The notes: generated from the letters alone by a model not told the origin. Positions 50,538-63,062 are shown, counted from the stretch's first letter. The stretch is DNA of 64,000 nucleotides from Hydrolagus affinis (GCA_012026655.1 JAAILG010001386.1:1-64000), one strand, 5' to 3'. Made by a program: numbers and translations.

Positions 50538-53292
50538 TAACATAACAACGTAAGAAATGCTAGACAAGAAAAGATCAAGGTCCATCTGGTTCCCCTTCCG
50601 CCTTCTGGTCGCATGCATATATGTCCTAAACTGCCAATCTACTATATCCCATAATGTTATTTCCTACCAGAAAACCATCTAATGTGTGTTGGAAAGAATG
50701 AACACTTCCTGCTTCAACCATCTCCCAAGGGAGGCTGCTCCATAGGTTTACTATTTACTCATTGAAATAGTGTTCTGAATTTACCCCCACTTCAATTGCA
50801 GGCTCTGTTCTCTGGTTCTCCTATTCTGTACATTGAAACAGCCTGTCTTGCCCCTTTACTATCCTAAAGACAGCAATCATGTCACCTCTCAATCTTTTCT
50901 TTTCCAGCATGAACATGCCCAATTTACTTAGTCGCTCCTCATAGTCAAGTCCTTCCATTTCCTCAATCATGTTTAGTTCTCCTCCGTATCTTCTCAATTT
51001 ATCCACTATAATTTTTATACTGTGGCAACCAGAACTGTTCACCATAATCTAGGTAAGATATGACCAATGATTTATACAATGACAGGATTACCCCACTATT
51101 TTGGCTTGTTATTGAGCTTTTGATACATCCCAATATTTGGTTGCTTTACTCACTACCATAGAGCATTGTTGGGAGAGCTTCAATTTATTGTCAATCAGGA
51201 CTTCCAGGTCCTTTTCATTTTCTATGCATATTATTTTCCTTATGTTCAAATAATAGTCCCTTCCAGGATTTGTGTCCCCGTACAAAGTACTTTACATGTC
51301 TCCACATTGGATTTCATCTGCCACTGATCTGCCCAAGTATATTTAAATCTTCCTGTAACCTATCTTGTTCAGCTTTGCAATCTATCACCTTCATTAGCTT
51401 GGTGTCATTTGCAAACTTAGCCACTGTACTTGTGACTCCTAGTTCCAGATCATTTATAAAACTATTAAACAAAAGTGGTCCCAAAACAGGAACTTCACTG
51501 GTAACATTTTCCCATTTTCCCATTTTTCCCTGTACCACAGGGAATTTCTGGTCAACCAATTGCATATCCAATGTAATATATCTCCACTGTTTACCACTTA
51601 TTCTACTTTCAGTACCAGCCTCTTAAGAGGAACTGTATCAAAGCCTTAGTGAAATCCAGATATACAACATGCACAGCCTTACCCTTATCAAGCTCCCTTG
51701 TCACTCTATCAAAGAAAACCAGTAAATTAGATTGGCAAGATCTTCCCTTCATGAACCCATATTGTCTATCATTTATGATTTTATTTCTGTCCAGATGATC
51801 CATGATTTTATCCTTAATAAGAGTCTCCATAATTTTACCCACAGTGATCAACAAACTTACTGGTCTGTAGGTTCCTGGGTCACTTTTGTTACCTTTCTTA
51901 AAAATAAGAGTAATATTTGCCTTTCTCCAGTCCCCATGAACCCCTCCAGTATTCAGCCACTTTTGAAAGATGTGTGCCAGCATTTCTGAAAATTCCTCCC
52001 TTGGTTCCATAAGGATCCACAGATGCAATTTATCCAGCCCTTGAGATTTATTTACCTTAAGTTTACACATCTGTTTGGCAACCATGCTGTTAGTGATATG
52101 AATAGTGTTAGAACTTTTCTTTGGTTCATCCTTGAATTCTCTTTCCAGATCAAATAGGTTACCTGTCTCCACTTTTGTAAAGACTAATACAAAAAATGTA
52201 TTTAGCACTATTGTAGCCTGTGCAGCATTATTTGTCATGGTGTCTCATGAACCCACCCTTAGTGACCTTATTCCATCACTTGTTTTCCTTCTACTCTTAA
52301 TGTAACTAAAAACCTTTTTTGTTATTATTCTTCACATATTTTGCCATGTTCAATTCAAAGCTTTTCTTTGCCATTCTGATGCCTTTTTTTTTGCAGTTCT
52401 GGCATGTCTTCCATTATTGAGTCTGACTTATTTCCATGCCATTTTCCTTCATGGCCTTAAATGAGTTTTTTTCCTCTTTATGATTTGGTTTGTAGCCCCA
52501 TCCAACCACACAGGAGTACCATTAAGCTTGGTACCTTTGCCCCATATGAATACTTATTGTTCCATTGCCTTCATAATTACCTCCTTGAAGATCCTTCATC
52601 CCCATTGTCATATTTAAGCCTGCCAGGCTCACTCCGACTAGATTTCTCAAGTGTACAAAGGTCATTCCTCTTAAAATTTGGTAGTTTTGTTTGGGTTTTT
52701 ATAACCTCACCAAATCTTGTGATGCCAAATGTGATTGCACTGTGATCTCTGTTAAGAGATCATTAAGAGCTTAATGCTTCCCCCACTTTTATGTTGGAGA
52801 TTGTTTGCCCGCATTGCTCATTATCAAATCCAAGATGTTATCTCCCCGTATGGGCTCCTTTACAAACTGAGTGATAAAGTAGTCTTCCTTTAACTCCAGA
52901 AACATCTTCCGTATCTTACCAGTAGACATATAATTAACCCAATCAATTTTGGGTAAGTTAAAGTCTCCAACCACTATGGTTGGTCCCTTACTAGTAGCCT
53001 TTCTTATCTCACCTCACAGTTCCAGATCAATGCTTTCACCCTGGCATGGGGTCTATAGCAGCCCCCCAGTAATAGCTTACAACAACAACAAAATTACATT
53101 TGTTTAGCGCCTTTCGCGTCAGTTTCCTTACCCTTGTCACCATCTTTTAATTCTACCCAAAGTGATTCTACGTCTGTCTTTTCCTTTATGATGTCCTCTC
53201 TCACTTGTGTCTCAAAACTGTAGCATATATGTAGTGCCACACCACCTCCTCTTCTCCCAATATGGTCCCTCCTAAACACTTTATAATCTTCC
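50538..53292 (-). mobile_element. Long decayed CR1 LINE (APE endonuclease plus RT, frameshifted)
   Basis: YKVFRRDHIGRRGGGVAL, VGDFNLPKIDW, DNILDLIMSN, YRPVSLLITVGKIME, QYGFMKGRSCQSNL, VYLDFTKA, LGPLLF..FINDL, KFANDTKL, RLRGDMI in correct order across broken ORFs. Confidence 0.95.
53080..53122 (-). mobile_element. 43-bp L2 3'-end insertion inside the CR1 endonuclease region
   Basis: acaacaacaacaaaattacatttgtttagcgcctttcgcgtc; CR1 coding (GKET|KLLLG..YRP) resumes across it. Confidence 0.75.
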
Positions 53293-53592
53293 AGAGGTGG
53301 TGGAAGGCTGTATCGGTCATGGAGCAGATATGAGGGAGGAAGGACAGTTCGGGGGTCAAACAAGATGCCCAAATTCCTGACTCGCTTCGAGAGGTGGAGA
53401 GAGCAGCCTTGAATGCTGATGTTGTCAGCGCCTGAGATGCGGAGGCTTTGACACGAGCCAATCAGCAAGGTCTCCGTCTTGTTGACGTTGAGTTGGAGGA
53501 AGTTGGCCCTCGTCCAGGATTCAATGTTGCACAGGACGCCAGTATTCCTGGAGTCGAGGGTGGACGCGGAAAGGAGGAGTTGGGTGTCATCC
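53293..53592 (-). mobile_element. L2 RT internal fragment
   Basis: DDTQLLLS...WTRANFLQLNVNKTETLLIG...VRNLGILFD. Confidence 0.9.
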
Positions 53593-55365
53593 AAATACTG
53601 TTTCAATTAAAATTTTGTGGTAGATTGTTCCAATAAGACCATTCAAGTTGCTAAGAATCTCAACTTTATTTGTAACATTCACTTTCTGCTTCTTTTCTTA
53701 AATTGTGATTATTTGTTGAACATTGCTGCGTACAAATTGGCTGCCACGTTTTGCCCACAAAATGCAGCCATTGCTTTACAGTGTAACAACAACAACAACA
53801 AAATTGCACTTATAAAGCACCTTTCATGTCGGGAGGACGTCCCAAAGCGCTGAACAGTCAGATCGGGACCCGAGCGGTGGGGGAGGGTCTGGGTAGGGGG
53901 AAGGAGAGGGGAAAAGAGTTAGTGGGGGAGCTGAAGGCACAGTCGAAGAGGAAGGTCTTGAGACCGGCCTTGAAGGAGGAAAGGGAGAAAGCAAGGTGGA
54001 GGGGCTGCGGGATGGAGTTCCACAGTGTGGGAGCAGAGCGGCTGAAAGCCCGACCGCCAATGGTTGGGCGGTTAGGGCGGTGGATGTGGAGCAGGCCTGA
54101 GTCTGCTGAATGGAGGGCGCAGAGGCAGGCTGATAGGGGGACAGTAGATTAGAGAGATAGGCAGGGGCAAGGCCGTGAATGGCTTGAAGGTGAGGACAAG
54201 GATTTTGAATTCAATCCTCTGGGGATGGAGAGCCAGTGGAGATGGGCGAGGGTGGGAGTGATGTGGTTGCGGAGCCTAGTGCGGGAGAATACATGAGCTG
54301 CAGAGTTTTGAATGTTCTGCAGCCTGTGAAGGAAGGAGCTGGGAAGGCCGATGTGGAGAGAGTTCCCTTAGTCGAGGCTAGATGTGACGAAGGCATGTAT
54401 AAGTGTTTCGGCAACGTGGGGGGTGAGGTAGTGGCGGAGTCTGGCAATATTGCGGAGGTGGTGGAAAGCTGTACCGGTCATGGAGCGGATATGAGGGAGG
54501 AAGGACAGTTCGGGGTCAAACAAGACGCCCAGATTCCTGACTGGCTTCGAGAGGTGGAGAAAGCAGCCTTGAATGCTGATGTTGTCAGGTGCCTGAGGTT
54601 AAAGTGTCCAAGCGCTTAACCTGTGAAGCGCTTGGACACTTTTCAACACCGTGAAAAAGGGCTTATATCAAATACAAGGATTATAAATAAAAGCAAAGTC
54701 AACACATGTTGATGATCATTACTTGTGCAAAGCAATCACTGCACTATGTTGTTGCTGTAAACGTATCAATGATACAGCATCCCTTGATTATTGAAGGAAA
54801 GATAGTTCAGTAAATCGAACCAACCAAAGAGTAACACAAAATGAAATGCACCATTGGTTTTCATTCATGGTAGTTGAAGAACCACACAACAACATCATTA
54901 TGGTCGTGGCACCTTTCATGTCGGGAGGGTGTCTCAAAGTACTTCATAGGATTTAACTGCAAAGTGTAATTGACTATATATTTCAGAACGTTCAACTGTG
55001 GTGGGTATCAACGTGGACTGGAACCCATACCACAGCACAAGATTTGGAGCGAAAAGTACAGTAAATGTACTGATATAGTGCAAATGTTGACTTTGCTTTT
55101 ATTTATAATACTTGTATTTGATATAAGTGCTTTTTCACGGTGTTGAGAAGTGTCCAAGCGCTTCATAGGTTACAATGTAAAGCAATGGCTGCATTTTGTG
55201 GGTGAAACATGGCAGCCAATTTGTACACAGCAATGTCCCACAAATAGCCACAATTTAAGAAAAGAAGCAGAAAGTGAATGTTACAAATAAAGTTGAGATT
55301 CTTATCAACTTGAATGGTCCTATTGGAACAATCTACAAGAAATTTTAATTGGAACAGTATTTGGA
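53590..55365. repeat. Inverted duplication: left arm 53590-53787 + 54617-54704, right arm 55085-55365
   Basis: Arms are reverse complements (about 15 differences in the first 198 bp, counted by eye) and include unique sequence flanking a SINE tail. Confidence 0.9.
53788..54597 (-). mobile_element. Relatively young 5'-truncated L2 (tail type A), CpG-rich
   Basis: (aac)n tail, 3' stem-loop, L2 ORF2 C-terminal coding; inserted at TAAC in the left arm of the inverted duplication. Confidence 0.9.
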
Positions 55366-56626
55366 CTAGAATATAACCAAGTTAAATATATCTTTTTTTA
55401 AAATCAGTTGCACATTATACCTGCCTTGGAGGGATCTTGGCAGAGCAAAAACCTTCCATTACTGCCAGATGTTTCTTTTAGTGGGGGTCACAATTATGAC
55501 AATAACTCATTTATTTTTAGGCTGTACATGTATATAAATGTCAAAATCTTCTGGGTTGATTTTATTTTTGTTTTACAAAAAGAAAAACTTAAGTTTCCAG
55601 TTCAGTTTATCTTTTGAGTCTGGAATTCAGGTAAAATATTTTGATTAAAAAAATTTGCATGTTCAAAATGATTTCGACATTTGATTGGCGTTCTTTTTAA
55701 TAAATCTTGGAAAATTCCTTCTACACAGAGAAATTCAACAACTTCTAGACTATTGCAGCATTTACACTGCTGGAAACAAAGCTAGGCGAGTAACGTGGAA
55801 CAAAGATTTATAGATCCCAGTCTTTTAAACATTGAGGCTGTTAAAACAACTAACATCCACTTTTGGCTTTGGCACCAAACTGACGTCTACGCGTTATTGG
55901 AATCTTGAGAGTGTTGTGAAATAACGAGGTGTCTCAGGGGTCTATAAAATGTGTGCTTGGCCTGCTGCCCGTGATAGTGGGTATTTAGGACGGCAGCCGA
56001 ACAAATTTAAAAAGAGGTTTCAGTCAAAACTTTTGTAGTAAGGTCTGGGGGTGTTCATTCCTAAAAACTAATGGGTAATTCCCAGACCATCCTAAATGTC
56101 AGTGTTCAATATCAACTTCAAATCAAATATGATTCAACATTGCACCAAAAATTTGCTATGATGAAACTTTGCACGTTTTACCCTAATGAACATTGCTAGG
56201 ACAATTGGAACTGAGGCAGTCACAGCCAAGTCCATTGTTGATATCCTCACTTTCTGCCCACTAAAAAATGAACAGGGAAAGAAAAAGGGCCTGATTTTTC
56301 TCCCTGTTCAGCCAGTGGCAGGCAGGAAGCCAATTCAACACATATCCTGGCTGGGATCAGCTAACTCATCTTAAACTAAGAACCCAATGCTTAATCCAGG
56401 CTCAGTGGACACCGATTCACTGGGGCTCAAACTGCATTTGGCACTCCATGTCGCGACATTTCAGCTATTGAAATCTAACTTTTCCTACCTTTATGTGGCA
56501 GGGTATGCGTCAGAGGACTTTTTATTAAATATAAAAACAACTTGCATTTATATAGCACCATTCATGCAGGATAGTATTTAGGAGCACATAACAATAGCGT
56601 TAACCAACTAAATTACTGTATATATA

Positions 56627-56727
56627 CAGTGGAATCCGCTTTTGCCAGATACCAGTTAAATTGGAATGTCGTGTAAATTGAACAACACGGCAGGCCCCGA
56701 TATGTCTGGCTTAACTGGCTTCCACTG
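56627..56727. mobile_element. Tigger/pogo-like MITE, 101 bp
   Basis: TA-CAGTGGAATCCGCTTTTGCCAGA ... TCTGGCTTAACTGGCTTCCACTG-TA within (TA)n. Confidence 0.75.
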
Positions 56728-56744
56728 TATATATAATAAATGTT

Positions 56745-56902
56745 ATATGTTTGTGAAACATAGCTGTGCACAATTGGCTGCTGCATTTCACCCACAAAAT
56801 ACACAGTCAATACACTTTACAATATATTCTGCAAAGTGCTTTGAGACGTCTCAATGACTTGATAAGATGCTATACTAAATGCAAGGGTGATTATTATTAT
56901 TG
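56745..56902 (+). mobile_element. tRNA-SINE 3' part
   Basis: gctgtgcacaattggctgctgcatttcacccacaaaatacacagtcaa...ttattattatt. Confidence 0.8.
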
Positions 56903-59900
56903 CTATTGCTGTTATTAATATAATTATTACACTGTGATAATTTTCAGAACATGAAGCTAGGCAATAAAGAACTCAAAGACTCAAACATTCACCATTCAAT
57001 TTGGTACAATAGGGCGAGTAAAGCCAATCTATCATTTCAACAGTGTAACAATGTCCCCACTTTTTCTCATAACCAGTTCAACAGCATTGCACTAGACACT
57101 GAAGACAGCTTTAGAATATTGTATTCCAGGGATCAATTCTTAGTCAAATTGTGATCATTGTGTTATTATAATGAATTCTCTTCTTGTTGAACAGTTTCCA
57201 AAGGTTTCACTTATGCAGATGGCATTACTATCCTCTGCATTTTGTTTTCCCCATTGGAGATCTCAACAACCAGTGTGTGGGTGTGTGTGTAAAAAATCAA
57301 TTACACTAAATATTCAAACAGCAACACTGTCGTTGTGTTGAGATGGCAAATTGAAGGCCTGTTCCCTCTTAGTTCCATTTAAATCAGTGTTATGTATAGT
57401 ACAATGTCTTTCTTCCTCATCTGAATACAGTATATGTTGGAGTGTGGTTTTGGATCTGATGCCTGTATCTTAAGTAGCTTGTCAGTAAAATGGCTGCAGA
57501 ATTGCACAGCGGGTATGGACTAAGAGTGGTGACTTATTTGCAGTACATCTTTTTTTAAAAACAAAGTCCCTTCTTAATTTCAAGCCGACAGGACATGACA
57601 TGACTCTTGCAACTTCTTCCCAATGTTTTCTACCATCCAGGCCACAATGCGGCAACATCTGGTTTATTCTGGTATCTCACATCACACCCAGGCAGCTGAA
57701 CCCCTCGTCCACGCTTTTGTCATCTCCCAACTCAATGTTGCCTTCTTCACCCATCCTTCCTATAAACATTTTGTCTACTGGAGAGGATGGAATGGTCTGC
57801 AATGCCAAAAGAAGCAGAGAAATTGAAAAGGACAGAAGAGGGGAAATGGGTTATCAGGAACTGTGATTGATGACCTGGTTCATTTGAAAAATGGCTTGAT
57901 GTTGTACTGGGAGGATGGTAACGTTAGCAATCTGGAAAGATGACATAAAATTGACTGAAAGATGTTTTTCTCCAAACCTCTCTTGTAATCTAATCTAAAG
58001 TTATGGGCAAGAGCTAGACCTTATGTTGCATCTTCGAATTTCTGCACTAGTTATTATTAATTCAATTTACTGCACCTTACTGACAAAAATACCTATGTAA
58101 CTTCTGTTGAAGAGATCTCATTAGAAAAATCTATTACGGTGAAGATTTTTTCAATGAAGATTTTTTCTTTAAGAAAAGTGCATTATGAATCAAGAGTATA
58201 AATCATGTGCTGAGTCCACCAGCTGGGACTCTTTAAAAGGTACTTTCGGCAGTAGATCTAGTCACTCTATTGCTGTATTAATGCTCGTGGAAGAATTGGT
58301 TCAGCCTCCGTTCAAAACTATTCTCTTAAAAGTTTGTGGACATTCCAGTGGGATGTTTTTAATGTTATTAAAAAGCACTCTTTAATAATGCTAAAAACAT
58401 CTGCTGGTTTGGTTAGCGGAGCACTTCTCGAGAACATTTAAGAACAGGGAATCCATCTCCCAGGAAATGCAAAATTTGCTCCCCACTCTGAATCACTCTA
58501 CTATATGAAGTGCTACAACATAGCTAGCAGGAGTGTGAACGAGCCATTGAAAGATTGTAGTTGTACAAATAGGTCAATGTTTGAACAAATTAGGGAGAGC
58601 CCGTGTCCACACAAATTGCATTTGTTCCATCAGGAAGAGGGTTTCTCAGTAGACTGACTGACCTTTTCTGGTTCCATATTTATGCTTTCATGTGTTGCAG
58701 AGCTGTCACCTTTGATTCTTGTTGAAAGTTTTTAAGAGCGTTCCTCATTAGTGCCTGTTTGTATGAATAACTACCGACTCCCTTGTTTCAAATGCATTTC
58801 TGCCTGAAAGTTTGAACTTCTGACTCAAGCATAATTGGTGGTCACTGTACATTGCGCTCATTATTCCAGCAGTTCTTTATCTGAAAGCATTAGGGATGAT
58901 ACCAAAAGTGTGCACCACAGTTGGTATGTCATAGTGGAGTGCACACAGTACCAAGAGAAATCCTATCCACTAGACACAGCAGCGTTTAAAAAGTAGAAAA
59001 TAATAACGAATTTCAATGGCATTTCACAATAGAGCAATTATAACTATCATGTAAACAAAGAACTATGAACATTAACACTGCCAGCTGAGTCAAGTGATTT
59101 GAGATATTCTCCTGAAGCGAAATGTGTCACATAAATGTGAATTGTTGTCGCAGCCTTTACAGTCCAAATCTACCTTAGACATATCCCATGGGCTAACAGC
59201 GTTCAAATGCTTACAAGAGTCCTTCATTAAGTAATTAAATCACCCAAAATTTTTGGGTTGTTTATTTAAAATAAATTAACATACTTGTATGCATTTGAAC
59301 ATGGTTAGATTATGCATAATTAGCTGAACTTCAATTTTACACCCAATTTTTACCATTCATTTGGCTATATCAGTCAAGTGAGATGGTTCTAAACCCCTAT
59401 ATGTAGACCCACGATATGGCTCGCTCCCCCCTCACAGCTTGCATTGAGTGGCCTCTGTGTTCAATTCTCACTAAATGAATGCAAAGTCCCTATAACTAGG
59501 TGTAACTTGACTAATGAGTTCTTCTACGCTGACAGGTACTACCAATTGCTATTTCAATTCAAGTGAATTGGGAAGCTTACATCTCCAGGCTTTCATTCTA
59601 AACAGACTGTGATGTAGGCTCAACATAGTCCCTGCTTCTTTGATTTATACAGAAAACTCGAGATGGCACGGTCATGTAATCTCAACAGAATTTTATTGTA
59701 GTTTCAATTAAATCCACACCTCTTGGCATTAAATCTTAAATGACATGATAAATATCAACAAACACAACTATGAAATAACAAGCACTAATCACACTTAACT
59801 AAATATTCTAGCAGACATTTGTAATGATGTTAATGTAAAGTGCACGAAAAATCAATCGCTGACTTCCCAGTTATCAACAGTCAGGGCACGTACCTTTTGA

Positions 59901-59920
59901 TGTTATCAGGTAGAAAACAT

Positions 59921-60282
59921 GGAGTCCTGCAACTAGCGGTTCCACGACAAGCAAGAGACCTGGGTTCCATTCCTGGTAGGGCAAAATGTTGGGGAACTTT
60001 CCATACTCCACACGACTCTGTTCACCGAGCAGTAAGTAAGAACCTGAGTGTCAGTCGATTTGTAGATCGCTTTCCCGGGTGAATAATCCCTCAAAAAAAC
60101 ACCAAAATAATTTGGTTGCTCAATTCATGACAGTGTGTGAGACACTACTGTGCACAATTTGCTGCCATGTTTCGCCCACAAATATGCAGACAGTTCACTT
60201 TACAGTATATTCTGTGAAGCACTTTGAGACGTCTAGACACGTGAAAAACGCTATGTCAAATGCCAAGATTATTATCATTATT
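59921..60282 (+). mobile_element. tRNA-SINE, long subfamily
   Basis: ggagtcctg head, B box, ctctgttcaccgagcagtaagtaagaacc core, tail. Confidence 0.85.
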
Positions 60283-61229
60283 CCCATGATTGGAACTAAA
60301 ACCCCCGAGATATAGTGTACAGCATTACGAACCAAAAGCATTGTGGAAACTAGCACAAACGTCATAGCAGAGACCAACTCTACCTTCACATTTAAACAGT
60401 CCCATTTGCCACTTTTGTAGGATGTTATGATCCCATGCCACTAATGAAAAAGTAAAAGGACTTTTCTCTCATTTTGCTGGCCAACAATCCTCCCAGATTA
60501 ATTGATCATTCACCTCCAGGCTGTTTATGAGATCTTGCTGACATAAAAGGACTGCTACATTTGCCTACCAAAAAAAAAGCCATCACTGCACTTGACAGTA
60601 ATTAGCTGTGAAGCATATTAAGATATTTTCATGTGATGAGATGCAAGTTGAAAATGCAAGTTCTTCATTTTATCAAGGAGGTCATAAAAGACTCAAGCAG
60701 AGCCCGAGAAACAAATTGGTCAGGATCAGCCTAAACTATTATATCAGTAACTAAGCCAACTGGCCTCATTTCTTTTGATGTTCCCTGGATTTGTTTAATG
60801 TTTTCCCCAATTTCCCTGGAGCTTTAGAGCTTATTTCATGTCTCCAGATTTTTTCAATGTTTATTTTCCAGGATTATACTTTTCTGGTTTTCCATGCTTT
60901 TTTTTCCTGCAAATTTCTGGTTATATCTGTATCTTTCTCACTTAGTGTTTTTTCCAGTTCAAAACACAGTAAATCTATGTGAAATTACTTGATTTCAATA
61001 CAAACATGTTTGAAATTCTTAAATCCCAGGAATTTCTTTTTGATTTATTTAGATTTATTTCTTGTTTGCTTTCTAATTCAGCCAAGTGCAGGGAAATTTT
61101 TGTTGACATCCTTTCTCTGATGACTCACAGTTATATTTCAGGATGTATTATTGAGTTAGGTTCTTTATAAAGGTCCATTCCTAGGTGCGTTGCTGAGTTG
61201 GTTCCAGGAGCAAGTAATAATAATCATCA

Positions 61230-61625
61230 TTACAAGGTGTGATACCTTTCACATTGGGAGGATCATTACAAATCTCTGCATCGGATATATGGTAAAGTGG
61301 AATGACTCTGTTTTCTGTGAATGAACACATCAGCCCATTTGCACATGTCACTACCCCACATCATTGAAATGAATGACAAATTTTATTTGGGGGATTTCTG
61401 GCCAGGACACTGGGAGAAACTCCCTTTTCTTTTCAAATAGTGCCACAGAATCTTTAATAAAACCTGAACAGTTACAAAGGGCCTCATCTTAATGTCTGAT
61501 TCAAGGAATGGCACCTCCCAACAATGCAGTGTCAGGCTAGCTTACGAGTTCAAAGTCCCAATGTGTAGATTGTACCCCTAAACCCGCTGACTCAGAGGAG
61601 GGAGCACTACCAACTGAGCCAGTAA
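61230..61625 (-). mobile_element. Old Deu-type SINE
   Basis: ggccaggacactgggagaaactccc...tttcaaatagtgccacagaatcttt...ctgactcagaggagggagcactaccaactgagcc. Confidence 0.75.
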
Positions 61626-62115
61626 GGAAAACATAATGACACAAGTAAAAATTTTTTTTTGTATTTTGTGGTATACTTTGGTTTTGCAGTCAATTGTTTT
61701 TCAATGGTTTCAAACTGACCAATTCACAATATGAAAGTCTTTTGTGCATCATATCCATACATGTTCTGCATGGGAGCAAATCCGGTGCACCTGACACACA
61801 GAGTGGGATCTCACATTGTAAGCAATAGTCAAACAGTGCTAAGCTTGCTGCATGATTTCTGCAATCTTCAATAAACAGAATTGTAAGGACAGAGGTTTGG
61901 AAATTTGTACCGGTACTTTAAACCTGAGTCCCAACACACACACAGACACACACACATGCACACATAGTTCAATTCCAGACCCACTGTGTGAATGAAGTGG
62001 TGAATTGCCTATAAATACAGTCACTGCACTTAACATCAATTAAACTGCGAGACATTTCAATATTTTGTACTCCCTTTATCAGAGGCAAGAATTATAAGTC
62101 TCACACTTCTTGTTT

Positions 62116-62127
62116 GCCCCCTAGTGG
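62116..62127 (-). promoter_or_regulatory. Candidate CTCF binding motif
   Basis: Minus strand reads CCACTAGGGGGC(A), matching the canonical CTCF core, in non-repeat sequence. Confidence 0.5.
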
Positions 62128-62324
62128 ATGCCATTACAGTTACATACAGGTCAAGGTTTTAAAACAGCTTTTGAAGACAGATGATGTGACATAGAAACAC
62201 CAGATGGGAAAAGGATGAAAATGCCTTTGAATAAAAAGACTCCCTTTAACGTCAACCAAAAGTGGACAATGTGTTTAAATTAGGAAAAAATGTTCTGAAT
62301 CTGCTTTCAGTTACACATTAACAA

Positions 62325-62536
62325 AGGCAAAATACTGCAGACACTGGAAATCTGAAATAAAAACAGAAGTCGCTGGGAACACTTGGCAGGTCAGGCAGCA
62401 TCGATGGAGAGAAGAACGTGAATTCTAATGAGTTCTGACAAAAAGTCATCAACCTGAAACATTAGCCAACTTTCCTTTCTCCATAGATGCTGCCTGACCT
62501 GCTGAGTATTTCCAGCAGTTTCTGTTTTTATTTCAG
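62325..62536. mobile_element. Penelope-like palindromic terminal repeat with hammerhead-ribozyme relic
   Basis: Inverted arms 62352-62410 / 62478-62536; the loop holds gagtt-CTGACAA-aaagtcatcaacct-GAAAC-att. Confidence 0.7.
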
Positions 62537-62587
62537 TTAGATATACAGTACCTGAACTGAAATTTCCATCTCCATCCACGAGAATCA

Positions 62588-62710
62588 TCCTCACACCACT
62601 CAAATTGGAGACTTGTCACACCAGACAACACATACCAGACACCAGATACCAGACAGCCCTCACACCAGACACCCCTCACACCAGACACCATACGCCCTTC
62701 ACACCAGAGG
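62588..62710. repeat. Degenerate minisatellite of (ca)caccagac units
   Basis: About seven accaga(c/t/g) cores with variable spacers. Confidence 0.8.
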
Positions 62711-63062
62711 CTGCTTTCCCTCAAATTATCCAGGGCACTTTCCAACTAACATGAAGATGATCTCCATGCAAAGTAAAGAAATCTAAATAGATGGCTCAAT
62801 CCCTGAAGCTTAATTTCCTCCAAGACTATAGAGAGGAACACAATAACTTTGATTTCTGAAATGCCTGAAAGACATGCTATGGTCTGTCACTAGTCTACCC
62901 AACAGCTGACACCTGTTACCTTTAGGCTGTATCCTTGTGTCCTTCTGTATCTATTAACATTCTAAACACCACTATCTGCTTTGTGTTCCTCCAGGGAAAC
63001 TCCTCTGTTGTCTCCATCAGATAAAGCAGCTTTTAATAACTATGGTTTGGTTTATTATCTTT

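Noticed and set aside
51609-52238. Functional reverse transcriptase gene
   Set aside because: Fragment of a frameshifted CR1 ORF2 with a mutated catalytic motif (FANDTK)
53094-53606. 170-aa ORF as a real fusion protein
   Set aside because: Chance in-frame join of decayed L2 RT, an off-frame stretch, CR1 endonuclease and an L2 tail
58908-58946. Hairpin gtgtgcaccac...gtggagtgcacac as a pre-miRNA
   Set aside because: Stem too short and no recognisable mature miRNA
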